DNA from: Nitrospirota bacterium
Lineage (GTDB): Bacteria; Nitrospirota; UBA9217
Reading direction: 5' to 3'
Assembly (NCBI GenBank): GCA_963737155.1
Contig: CAVTRN010000001.1
Span: 1,600,001 to 1,664,000, forward strand
DNA length: 64,000 nt
The notes below the pieces were generated by a model. The model was not told the origin of the DNA and ran no database searches. It saw nothing but the letters and a program-made list of their open reading frames with translations. The position numbers and the translations under genes are program-made. Position 1 is the first letter of the stretch; every line of letters begins with the position of its first letter. Positions 40,551 through 50,229 of this stretch are shown in pieces.

Positions 40551-41290
40551 CTTACACACTCCTCGTACCCTTTAGCCCGTATGTCATCCAGAATGTCCCG
40601 CGAGTTCCCGGAGCAGCTCACCGTGCTGTTCAGCATAACGTATGCTCTGTCGGCATTGACATAATCTAGGATATAGCCGGCATGCGTTATGATCAATCCC
40701 CCCTTTGTTCTCTTATCTTTCCTTTTATCTTTCTCGATCAATTCATTTATTACCTTGCCCACCAGATTGATATTGACTAGGTCCACGCCTGAATCAGGTT
40801 CATCGAACATAATGAACTCGGGATTCTGTGCGAGAAGTTGAAGAAGTTCGGACCGTTTGATCTCTCCGCCGGAAAACCCCAGATTGATGTCCCTATCCAA
40901 AAATTCGGTAAAGTTCAATTTGTCGGCGTCCTCGTTGATTCTTTCTTCCATGTAAGAACCGCTATTCTCCATGCAGATGCGCAGCATGTCTCTAAGCTTC
41001 ACCCCCCGCACCGATGGGGGATTCTGAAACACTATGCCGATGCCCATCCTGGCACGCTCGTCTATGCTGCGTTGCGTGATGTCCTTACCCCTGAAGACAA
41101 TGCTTCCCGATTCTACCCTGTACTGCGGAATTCCCATGATCGTCTTTAGAAGAGAGGTCTTTCCAGAACCGTTCGGACCAAACAAAACAATTGTCTCCCC
41201 CTGCACGATGCCAAGGTTCACATCATTGAGTATCCTTTTCCCATCAACGCTGACTGACAGATTTCTGATCTCTATCAAACTGGAAAGCAT
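40538..41290 (-). CDS. sufC: SufC-family ABC ATPase (SmsC-like)
   Basis: GPNGSGKT, GFSGGEIKRSE, FDEPDSGVD, C-terminal CVRC; overlaps the sufB-like gene. Confidence 0.88.
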   Translation of the reverse strand: MLSSLIEIRNLSVSVDGKRILNDVNLGIVQGETIVLFGPNGSGKTSLLKTIMGIPQYRVESGSIVFRGKDITQRSIDERARMGIGIVFQNPPSVRGVKLRDMLRICMENSGSYMEERINEDADKLNFTEFLDRDINLGFSGGEIKRSELLQLLAQNPEFIMFDEPDSGVDLVNINLVGKVINELIEKDKRKDKRTKGGLIITHAGYILDYVNADRAYVMLNSTVSCSGNSRDILDDIRAKGYEECVRCRR

Positions 41291-41900
41291 GCTTTTCTCC
41301 CCGGCGGTGTTCCCTCACAGACTGCATCCATGCTTTAATTTTAGCAAACTTTTCTGAGAATGCCTGAAACATTCTGCACATGTAGCCATAATAATCCTTG
41401 CAAATAATAAAACGTTGCTCTCATAAATGAGCAGCGGTCATAGTCATGCGTTCCATGTTATGGCTGATCTCCGGTAATTCAAAAAAGAAGCTAAAGCAAT
41501 AGCCACTGATATTTTTAGTGTCAGCCAATCCCGCGTCTTAACTTGATAGGCGGAAAATAGCTTTAATATAATTTAGAGATACTCATCGCTCTCGCAAGGA
41601 AGGCAAGAATGTACATCAGCCTTAACAGAGCTGCGCAGTGACATGAGTTAACCAGTCGTCCGAGAATGTCGCAACGAAAAATCAGCCGCACCTCTAAACG
41701 CATCGTTCATGTATAAGTTTCTTTATGGTGCAGGAGTAATCGGTACCTGCCGGTGAGAGAGTAACAGAGGACGTTGATCCAGAAACTTCAAGCCGAATTT
41801 ATTGATTGTTTCAACAATAAAATCCACACACATGTGATGCTCAAATAGTTAGACATCGCGAAAAAAATGAAGAATTCCGTTTCAAGTTTTTAGTCCTTTG

Positions 41901-41967
41901 TTCTTACTGTTTCTGTTGAAGTTCCCATTCTTTGAAACATATAAAGTTTTATTCTGCAATCGTCAAC
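41901..41967. repeat. 67-bp direct repeat, copy B
   Basis: Matches 39041-39107; minus strand reads TTGACG-n17-TATATG (promoter-like). Confidence 0.7.
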
Positions 41968-42563
41968 TCGCCCTTCCAGATCTATGCTATATTATTTATT
42001 GAAGTTCTTTTAAGAATAAACTAAGGAAGTCTGTAGTAGATCCTTTCAATAGTTGAAGGAAGGCAATAATCATGGCAAGAGCAATTTCACTTATTATTTC
42101 CGGCCAGCCGGTTAATTAACATCATCAGGCAGTTCCATCAAAGCCTGTCGGAGAGGAAGCTATCCCAAAACCATTGGTGACACCGTCGCTATCTTGACTC
42201 AGGGCAAGCACGCAGTATAGCTCAGAACAACTGGTCCAACAGGGGCGGAGGATATAAAAGAAACTCCCGTTCAGAAGGCTGTTTAGTCTTTAGCTGGCAA
42301 GAAGCTTGTTCGATCAATGCCGACCAGCTGATGCATGAAAAAATGGATCACGATTCCGGTGTTTTGTCTCGTCTTTTTAACAAAAACACCTCTGCCTACC
42401 GGCCATTTTCACGTAAGAGCGGGTATCGCAGGAATAGAAATATTTCAGGCCGAAATTAGCAGGGGTTATAACCACTGGAGGAACGGGGATATTGGACAGT
42501 ACTTTCGCTGACCAGAGTCCCTATTCCAGCGAGTCTTTGATAGCATGTGAGTTAGTGGATGCG

Positions 42564-43049
42564 ATGATGAAGCGGTATGGTAAAAAACACCCGGTTGTTT
42601 TTTTGATCTTCATGGTGCTGGCGGGGCAGGATGCCATTATCCCATCTTATGAAGAGATACAGATTGAATTGCCGAGAAGGGAAATATGTACAACTTGTCC
42701 AGACAGCTCAACGCATAAAGAAATTCCCCGCATTACCACAGAAGAGCTAAGGGAGAAGATGGGTAGTGGAGGTAATATTGTAGTCTTGGATGCGCGGACC
42801 AAGGCTATGTACGATAAAGGGCACATCAAGGGAGCACTCTCCTTTCCCTGGGTTCTAAAACTAACCCAAGGGGACGTCAGGCAGCTTCCTCGAGACAAGA
42901 TGATAATCATCTATTGCGACTGCGGCCCCGGCGAGTCTGACAGTTCCGACCTAGCAGCGCAGTTAATAGAGATGGAATTCAACGTAAAGGTTCTGGCTGA
43001 TCCGTCCATCAGGGGATGGATAAAGGCCGGATACCCCGTTGAAAAGTGA
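42564..43049 (+). CDS. rhodanese-domain protein with hydrophobic N-terminus and CxxC
   Basis: VVLDAR..YDKGHIKGA, IIIYCDCGPGE, IRGWIKAGYPV; CTTC before the domain; start uncertain (42492 TTG or 42564 ATG). Confidence 0.8.
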   Translation: MMKRYGKKHPVVFLIFMVLAGQDAIIPSYEEIQIELPRREICTTCPDSSTHKEIPRITTEELREKMGSGGNIVVLDARTKAMYDKGHIKGALSFPWVLKLTQGDVRQLPRDKMIIIYCDCGPGESDSSDLAAQLIEMEFNVKVLADPSIRGWIKAGYPVEK

Positions 43050-43075
43050 CGGCACAACAAAGGAGGGATGTCACC

Positions 43076-44812
43076 ATGGAAAGAAGAATGTGCGGAGGCT
43101 TTGGAAAAATTTTACTTTCGGTTACTCTCCTAGCTTTGCCTGCCATTGCATTTTCTCAGGAAGCAGTCAAAGAGGTGGAACTGATTAACCCCGAGGGTGT
43201 CGTCAACATTGAACCGATGAAGGTCAATCCTCATCCGGCCAGTCTCGAGGGAAAGACCATCGTGCTTCAGTGGAATGGTAAACAGAACGGAGACAATTTC
43301 ATGAACCAGATCGCGGCGCTTCTCAGTGAAAAGGTAAAGAACATCAGGATCATCAAGGCCTGGCAAGACGCTCCGGAAGTAAAAATAATCAGTCAGAATC
43401 CGGAAAAGAGCAGGCAGCTTGCACAACGCATAGCCGCATTCAAACCGGATCTTGTGATTGCCGGACAGGCCGATTGAGGCTCCTGCACCTCATGGCTGGT
43501 AGTTGACCAGCTCAATCTGGAAAAAATGGGTATTCCCACTGTTACTATAGCTTCGTCTGAGTTTATCGGACTGTCGAAGGATACCGCAATGAGTCAGGGC
43601 GTCGCCGATATGAGCTTCGTTATTGTGCCCCATCCGATGGGAGGAATTGCGATCGAAGAGATAACGCAAAAGGCGAAGGATGCTTTCCCCGCTATCCTCT
43701 ACGCCGCAACAAGATGGAAACCTGTGGCAGAAATGCCACCCAAGAAGCCAACCTATCCGGCAGAGCGAGTTACGTTGAAAGGCATGGGCGAGGATATAAA
43801 CACCGTGTTTTTTGAAAGAGGCTGGTCTCTTGGCTTGCCCATTGTACCTCCCACGTCAGAAAAAGTGGCAGAGATGCTGAAGGGAACCAGCCGCAAACCT
43901 AGTGATGTTCTTGGTCAGGTTCCCCCGAGAATGGGTTCTCTCACCGTTGAGTTGGTAGCAACCCATGCGGTCATGGCTGGTTGTAAGCCTGAATATATGC
44001 CTGTGCTTATTGCAGCCATGGAGGCCCTTCTAACACCTGAAGCAAACTGGCGCGGTTCAGCCACATCCACAGGCTCCATCGGCGCGCTCGTGATAGTGAA
44101 CGGACCGATTGTGAAGGAGATTGGCCTTGCATACAGCCAGGGAGCCGCGAGCAGGATGCACCATGCCAATGCTTCCCTTGGTTATGCCATTGATTTGATT
44201 GCGGCTGTTGTGGGCGGCTCAAAACCTCCATCGCCGAAAAAAACCACTCTAGGTTCACCTGCAGATTTTGTTGCCTGGATCTTCGGGGAGAATGAGGATG
44301 CCCTTCCCAAGGGATGGCAGCCATACCACGTTGACAAGGGGTTTAAGAAGACAGAGAGCGTGGTGACCCTGATGGGCATCTGGCCTCCTGTAGACGTGGT
44401 AGATTTGTGGAGTGCTACCCCCGAAGAGCTTTCGAACTGGTTCAGCCATGCGGTCTCTCCATTGCTGAGTATTGGTGGTCCCTGCTGGACAAGCCAAATG
44501 GAACAGCCTCACATCATAGGGCTAGGTCCTGAGCATGCAGATATCTATGCAAAGGCTGGATGGACAAAAGATCAGATCAGGAAAGTCATCTGGGAGAAGG
44601 CCCGTATTCCCTTTTCATCCTGGGCAAAGGCATGCCCTAATCAGGCTGCTTTTAAGGAAAAATTTGGCGAGGTTACTCCAGATACTCTTGTCCCGATCAC
44701 CCTCAAACCCGAATATTTGCAGATCATCATTACAGGGGGGAAAGGGCAACATTCGCACTATTTTGCTCCATTCCCCGGTAGTAACCCGGTGAGCAAAGTT
44801 ATCACAAAATAA
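43076..44812 (+). CDS. exported UGSC-family selenoprotein (578 aa, Sec at codon 134)
   Basis: TGA 43475-43477 is followed in frame by GSCTSWLVVDQLNLEK and then the ATG of the 428-aa ORF, giving AD-U-GSC; downstream hairpin; AGGAGG RBS; signal peptide. Confidence 0.85.
43475..43514 (+). promoter_or_regulatory. putative bacterial SECIS element
   Basis: GCTGGT-AGTTG-ACCAGC hairpin with G-containing loop 23 nt after the UGA. Confidence 0.65.
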
Positions 44813-44904
44813 GGACTGGCCCAGGTGATCGTGTCGGTATTTGTTGCTAAGGTTGAAGAGTTGCTCCTACAATGAAATGCGTTGGCGTGAATGAATCTTG
44901 AAAT

Positions 44905-44969
44905 ATCTAATATTGGCTTCAACCTGACTCACTGGACAAGCCGGTTCGCAGGTTAAGCCGCTGTTCGTG
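44905..44969 (+). repeat. degenerate integron attC-like site
   Basis: ATCTAAT (R'')..GGCTTCAACCTG / CAGGTTAAGCC with one extrahelical C..GTTCGTG (R'). Confidence 0.55.
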
Positions 44970-45212
44970 TGTGAGTTTCACTGAGTATTGTGCATCTTGC
45001 ATTTATCGGTCGCCGTGCATGATTGTAGGTGGCGTTGAGTTACGTATAATATTAGCAGAGGTGCAATAACCATATTGTATCATGTATTTTGTGATAAGTT
45101 TTTTCTATCAATAGTAACTTCCCGAAGCTGTGGAGTTTCTATTCTATGCAACAGTCAACACTTCATTCTGGAATTTGTTAACGTTTGCTCACCCAAAATC
45201 AGTCCATTTTAG

Positions 45213-45241
45213 TTGACAGCCTGCCAAATGTCTGATAATAT
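45213..45241 (+). promoter_or_regulatory. sigma70 promoter of the TA operon
   Basis: TTGACA-n17-TAATAT; nearby direct repeat TGCCAAATG/TGCCAGATG may be the operator. Confidence 0.6.
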
Positions 45242-45269
45242 AATGCCAGATGACATGGAGGCTATTCTT

Positions 45270-45710
45270 ATGATTACTGAACAAAAAATCGCATCAGTCC
45301 TCGGTGGTCAAACATCGCTTGGACGCAAAATTAAGAGTACACTGGATATGGACAGACTTATCCGAGAAGGATTCCCCTATAAAGCGGGCAACCATGTCAG
45401 GGGCTTATTGAATCTCTCACTGCCACTTTTTGCTGGCATTATCGAAGTGAGTGAAAGAACATTGGCGCGAGTCCGCAAGTCGCCAAATCAGCGCTTGCCC
45501 ACTGTCGCTAGTGACCGTCTCTATAGGCTGGCCAGAATATTTTCGATCGCTTGTGAAGTCTTAGAGGATGAGGAAAAGGCAAAGGAGTGGATTCGACGTT
45601 CCCAGGTCGGTTTAGGTGGCAAAACTCCCCTTGATCTACTGCATACCGAGGCTGGGGCAAAGGAGGTTGAGAATCTTCTCTGGCGTATTGAGTATGGGGT
45701 GATCTCGTGA
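45270..45710 (+). CDS. Xre/MbcA/ParS-family antitoxin
   Basis: SERTLAR, SDRLYRLARI, AKEW..LGGKTPLDLL.TEAGA..V..LL.RIEYG. Confidence 0.9.
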   Translation: MITEQKIASVLGGQTSLGRKIKSTLDMDRLIREGFPYKAGNHVRGLLNLSLPLFAGIIEVSERTLARVRKSPNQRLPTVASDRLYRLARIFSIACEVLEDEEKAKEWIRRSQVGLGGKTPLDLLHTEAGAKEVENLLWRIEYGVIS

Positions 45711-46180
45711 TCACGGCATGGCGTTTGGACAAGGAGAAACACGCCAAGGACGCATTCGCGGGTGAAGGAGCGCGCCGTGTTAGCGGTCGTTGGCATCACG
45801 AGGGCCTACCTGTCGTTTACATAAGCGAGTCCCTTGCGCTGTCCGTTCTCGAAAAATTCATTCATCTGGGATTCGACGCTTCTCATATCAAGTTTGTGTA
45901 TTTTAAAATTGAGATTCCCGACAGCGTCCCCATTGAAAAACTGAAAGCATCTGATCTCCCCGATGACTGGACCAGAGAGCCGCCGCAAGATTCGACAAAA
46001 GATATCGGTTCTAACTGGGTAAGGAAGGTTGGCACTGCTGTTTTAAGGGTCCCTTCTGTTCTAGTTCCAAGAAGCTGGAACTATCTGCTTAACCCTGCTC
46101 ACAGCGATTTTAAGAAAATCCGGATCAGTGACCCCATGCCTTTTGTTTTTGATGCTAGAATGTGGAAATTGCCATACTAA
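45707..46180 (+). CDS. RES-domain toxin
   Basis: WRL, GEGA..GRW, VYISESLALSVLE, VPSVLVP, NYLLNPAH; GTGA overlap with the antitoxin. Confidence 0.9.
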   Translation: MITAWRLDKEKHAKDAFAGEGARRVSGRWHHEGLPVVYISESLALSVLEKFIHLGFDASHIKFVYFKIEIPDSVPIEKLKASDLPDDWTREPPQDSTKDIGSNWVRKVGTAVLRVPSVLVPRSWNYLLNPAHSDFKKIRISDPMPFVFDARMWKLPY

Positions 46181-46370
46181 CAATTAATAAATCTTCGAGT
46201 GAATCAGCTGAGTTGTCTTTATCGTTGAGGCTTAATATGTTCCAGATGAAGTAAAGAATTTTGGTTCATATAGAATATCGCGGGTTCCTTCCTGTACCTA
46301 ATGACGATGCCAATTTTATAACACTGCTATTTGCAACCTGTAGTTAGCACTTTTTGCGACGTAATAAAAC

Positions 46371-46407
46371 AAAAAAGACGAGAGGAATGATTCATTCCTC
46401 CCGTCTA
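46371..46407 (-). terminator. intrinsic terminator of kdp operon 2
   Basis: AGACGAGAGGAATGA/TCATTCCTCCCGTCT hairpin with A-tract on the left. Confidence 0.6.
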
Positions 46408-46862
46408 TGAAATCCTTTTTTAAAGTCCAGAAGATTAAATTGAACTATTTTTTTTACTTTCTCCACGGGTGGGACCAGTTCTCCTTCAAGGATGATATTC
46501 TTAATCTGTCGGAGATACCGCCTGAATCCATAGCTGCGTTATTCCATAGTATGTGCTTCTTTAGACCATCTAGACCCTCGGCGCACAATGGCTAGTTCTT
46601 CACTTTGCATATTCTCGCGTATTCGGCGGGACGTGTAAATGATTTTTTTTCTTCCCCCGGGATTGATAAAAAAGAGACGGCATTTACCACCAAAGGGAGA
46701 CCCATAGCTATTGAGAAAATCATAGCGGCGAAAAATCTGTGCTTTTTTCCATATTTTGACTCTTCACTGTTTTGGTAGTCCACTGAGAGTCTTGGATCAG
46801 TTTGAGAAAATTGCCCCAAGGTCCTCCAAAGACTTCCGAAATCCTTTTATTAGTTCTTTTCC

Positions 46863-48053
46863 TTACCACCGATACATAAAGGCGAGCGAGTAGGTATCCT
46901 GTGTTTTCTTTGTGCCGTTGTCAAATGAATCCTTGTTCGATGTATCATGACGGTACTCGGGCCTCACAACTAAACCGCCGCCCAGACGGATCTCCGGAGT
47001 CAACGTGAATTCGGCCAGCTCCTGCGACTTAACCAGCCCAGCCGGCGTGGTAGTAGTAACTCCATCAACGTAACCAATGTAACCGTCACTGTCATTAACG
47101 GATTCCCCGCGGACGGAGATGCTGTAGGTGTCATTGATATCGTATTTTACGATGCCCGAGAAGCCATACAATCTCACCGCACCAAACGTCGCTCCGGCCA
47201 TGGTATTGTCCTGTAAGACATTGTCGTAATTCAGGATGATGGACAAAGGCTTTATCGGTTTGATCGTCGCAACAAGGTCGAGCAGGTCACGATTGTCGTG
47301 ATTGTCGTTATTCGTCTCCGGGCCCGATAGATAATTGACATACGCCGAGAATAGATCACCAGTCACAATATTGACGCTCACACCGACCGTCTTGCCGATA
47401 TTGTTATCCGTCGCATTGTCCCAGCCGTTCACCAGGAACAGCGCCGCATTTATGTTGTCAGTGAACACATAGCTTGCTTTCACGCCGGTATGGGTAAGCG
47501 GTTCCGCATAGGTAAACAGCAATGACCGGGAATAATTGGGATTGTCGATGGCCTCAATTACTTCGGCACCTACAAAGGTGACCATCTTCCCGATATCAAA
47601 CCGCAGTCCCTTGCCAACCGGTGCAGTGTAGCTTATATATGCCTCGGTTAAGTCAAATGCATCCGTTGTACTCGTGCTTGAAAATCCCACTCCCGCCTCA
47701 TTCATCAACTTCGCTGTTTCTCCGGCCATAAACTTCACATGATACCCGATTAAGCCAGCCGCAGGGTCCTTGGAAAATACGAGTTCCGCCATATCAAGAT
47801 TGAAGCTGTTCGCTTGCTGGTCAAATCCCCGCAGGTCATTCAATCCCGCTGCCCCTGCCGGACCGCTTGCATTATCGTTGATGGTATAGCCACTCTGCAG
47901 ATAGATGCTCATGCCCAGCGCGTTCTTCACATCTACTGGATTCAAACCCGCCGGCTTCGCGTCATCCGCAAAAGCCGCAGCGGACATTGCCACCATGGCG
48001 CAAAATATCGCAAAGCCAATCTTCAAACCAAGTACAGATCCCATTCTTTTCAT
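46863..48053 (-). CDS. outer-membrane beta-barrel porin (BBP2/OmpL-like)
   Basis: Signal peptide, EAY, GK..T..GAEVIE..DNPNYSRS, NGWD, RPEYRHD, C-terminal YRW; follows kdpB. Confidence 0.8.
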   Translation of the reverse strand: MKRMGSVLGLKIGFAIFCAMVAMSAAAFADDAKPAGLNPVDVKNALGMSIYLQSGYTINDNASGPAGAAGLNDLRGFDQQANSFNLDMAELVFSKDPAAGLIGYHVKFMAGETAKLMNEAGVGFSSTSTTDAFDLTEAYISYTAPVGKGLRFDIGKMVTFVGAEVIEAIDNPNYSRSLLFTYAEPLTHTGVKASYVFTDNINAALFLVNGWDNATDNNIGKTVGVSVNIVTGDLFSAYVNYLSGPETNNDNHDNRDLLDLVATIKPIKPLSIILNYDNVLQDNTMAGATFGAVRLYGFSGIVKYDINDTYSISVRGESVNDSDGYIGYVDGVTTTTPAGLVKSQELAEFTLTPEIRLGGGLVVRPEYRHDTSNKDSFDNGTKKTQDTYSLAFMYRW

Positions 48054-48077
48054 TTCAATCTCCTTATTTTAATTAAA

Positions 48078-50150
48078 TTAAACAATATGCATTGCAGTTA
48101 TCAGCATGTCGATCAGCTTGATCCCGATGAACGGAAGGATCACCCCGCCGACGCCGTAAATCAGGGCGTTGTAGCGCAGGATCACCGACGCGCCGAGCGG
48201 GCGGTATTTCACTCCGCGAAGCGCAAGAGGCACGAGGAAGATGATGATCAGCGCGTTAAAGATCACGGCAGACAACACCGCGCTCTCCGGAGTTGCAAGG
48301 CCCATAATATTAAGAGCCCCTAGAGCTGGATAGACGGAAAGGAATGCAGCAGGCAGAATGGCGAAATATTTTGCCACGTCGTTCGCAATGCTGAAGGTCG
48401 TAAGTGTTCCGCGGGTCATCAAAAGTTGCTTGCCGATCTCAACGATTTGAATGAGCTTGGTGGGGTTCGAATCGAGGTCCACCAGGTTTCCTGCTTCTTT
48501 TGCCGCCTGGGTACCGGAGTGCATGGCAACCGCCACGTCTGCCTGGGCTAGCGCGGGCGCGTCATTGGTGCCATCTCCGGTCATGGCAACAAGCCTGCCG
48601 CCTTTCTGGTATTCGCGGATCAGCTTGAGCTTGGCCTCGGGTGTTGCCTCGGCGAGAAAATCATCGACTCCCGCCTCAGCTGCAACCGCGGCCGCAGTCA
48701 GGGGATTGTCACCGGTGATCATGACCGTTTTGATCCCCATCTTTCGCATTTCTGCAAATCGTTCCTTAATTCCGCCCTTGACGATATCGTTCAAGCGGAT
48801 AACGCCGAGCACTTTATTCCCGTCGGCAACCACGAGCGGCGTTGCGCCCTGTTTAGCGATGTCGTCCACGATCAAGCGAACATCGGGAGGGAATATTCCG
48901 CCCTTCTTCGTGACGAAGTTTTCGACTGCATCGGCAGCGCCCTTGCGGACTTCCTGGCCGTCGTGGTTTACACCGCTCATCCTGGTCTGGGCGGAGAACG
49001 GAACAAACTCCGCCTTGATGCTTGTCATGTCCCGGGCGCGGAGACCGTACTTCTCTTTGGCGAGCACGACGATGCTCCGCCCTTCAGGCGTTTCATCGGC
49101 CAGCGAGGCAAGCTGGGCCGCGTTTGCCAAAACTCCCACGTGCACACCCGGAGCAGGGATTAATTCAGTGGCCTGCCGGTTTCCGAGCGTGATGGTGCCG
49201 GTTTTATCAAGCAGCAGAACATCAACGTCTCCGGCCGCTTCCACGGCCCGTCCTGACGTGGCGATTACATTAGCCTGGATCATCCGGTCCATGCCCGCAA
49301 TTCCTATGGCAGAGAGGAGCCCCCCGATCGTGGTCGGGATGAGGCATACAAGAAGTGCCACGAGTACGGTGATGGTGACAGGCGTGCCCTGTCCCGCCGC
49401 CTTGACGCTGAAGAGGGAATAGGGAAGGAGCGTCACGCATACGAGCAGGAAAACAATCGTCATTCCAGCCAGCAGGATGTCAAGGGCGATCTCATTCGGC
49501 GTCTTCTGGCGCTTTGCGCCTTCGACCAAGGATATCATTCGGTCAAGAAAGGTCTCGCCGGGATTCGAGGTGACTCGCACCACCAGCCAGTCGGAAAGGA
49601 CCGTAGTCCCGCCCGTGACCGCGCTCCGGTCTCCCCCGCTCTCCCGGATCACGGGCGCGCTCTCGCCTGTCACAACGCTTTCATTAACCGAGGCAACACC
49701 TTCGATGACTTCGCCGTCCATCGGGATGAGATCGCCTGCCTCTACGAGAACGACATCACCTTTCTTGAGCTCTGACGAGACGATCTTCGTGATCTCCGCA
49801 TCCGGTTTCGGTTTCGCCAGGCGTTTGGCCATCACGTCACGCCGCGTTTTTCGAAGTGACTCTGCCTGAGCCTTGCCGCGGCCTTCAGCCATCGATTCCG
49901 CGAAATTTGCGAAGAGCACGGTTACCCAAAGCCAGATGGATATCTGCAGGATAAAGGAAGGGGACGCCTCGCCTTTTCCCGTGAACGCGGCGTGAAGGAA
50001 CAGGAGCGTCGTCAAAATACTCCCGACTTCTACGACAAACATGACAGGGTTCTTGATTTGGTAGATCGGATTCAGTTTTTTCAGCGAATCCCGCAATGCC
50101 GGTTTTACGATTTTCGGGTCGAACAGCGACCTTTCTTTTGTATTGCTCAT
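48078..50150 (-). CDS. kdpB: K+-transporting ATPase subunit B, copy 2 (close paralog of copy 1)
   Basis: [29 protein letters not shown]; GGAGG RBS before MSNTKERS. Confidence 0.95.
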   Translation of the reverse strand: MSNTKERSLFDPKIVKPALRDSLKKLNPIYQIKNPVMFVVEVGSILTTLLFLHAAFTGKGEASPSFILQISIWLWVTVLFANFAESMAEGRGKAQAESLRKTRRDVMAKRLAKPKPDAEITKIVSSELKKGDVVLVEAGDLIPMDGEVIEGVASVNESVVTGESAPVIRESGGDRSAVTGGTTVLSDWLVVRVTSNPGETFLDRMISLVEGAKRQKTPNEIALDILLAGMTIVFLLVCVTLLPYSLFSVKAAGQGTPVTITVLVALLVCLIPTTIGGLLSAIGIAGMDRMIQANVIATSGRAVEAAGDVDVLLLDKTGTITLGNRQATELIPAPGVHVGVLANAAQLASLADETPEGRSIVVLAKEKYGLRARDMTSIKAEFVPFSAQTRMSGVNHDGQEVRKGAADAVENFVTKKGGIFPPDVRLIVDDIAKQGATPLVVADGNKVLGVIRLNDIVKGGIKERFAEMRKMGIKTVMITGDNPLTAAAVAAEAGVDDFLAEATPEAKLKLIREYQKGGRLVAMTGDGTNDAPALAQADVAVAMHSGTQAAKEAGNLVDLDSNPTKLIQIVEIGKQLLMTRGTLTTFSIANDVAKYFAILPAAFLSVYPALGALNIMGLATPESAVLSAVIFNALIIIFLVPLALRGVKYRPLGASVILRYNALIYGVGGVILPFIGIKLIDMLITAMHIV

Positions 50151-50229
50151 GCCTGCCTCCTCGGAAAAACGATTGTCGCACTGATTCATATTGTGCATAC
50201 AAAATTCGTGCACTGTACAGTAGTATTAC

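Noticed and set aside
41300-42480. 1.2-kb spacer as possible ncRNA or small genes
   Set aside because: Only short stop-riddled frames seen; nothing supportable apart from the 67-bp repeat
46174-46240. TACTAAC at the RES stop as the start of an attC
   Set aside because: No following palindrome or R' box
46407-46819. Short ORFs after the porin
   Set aside because: Fragmentary with no family signal; possibly a decayed secreted-protein gene
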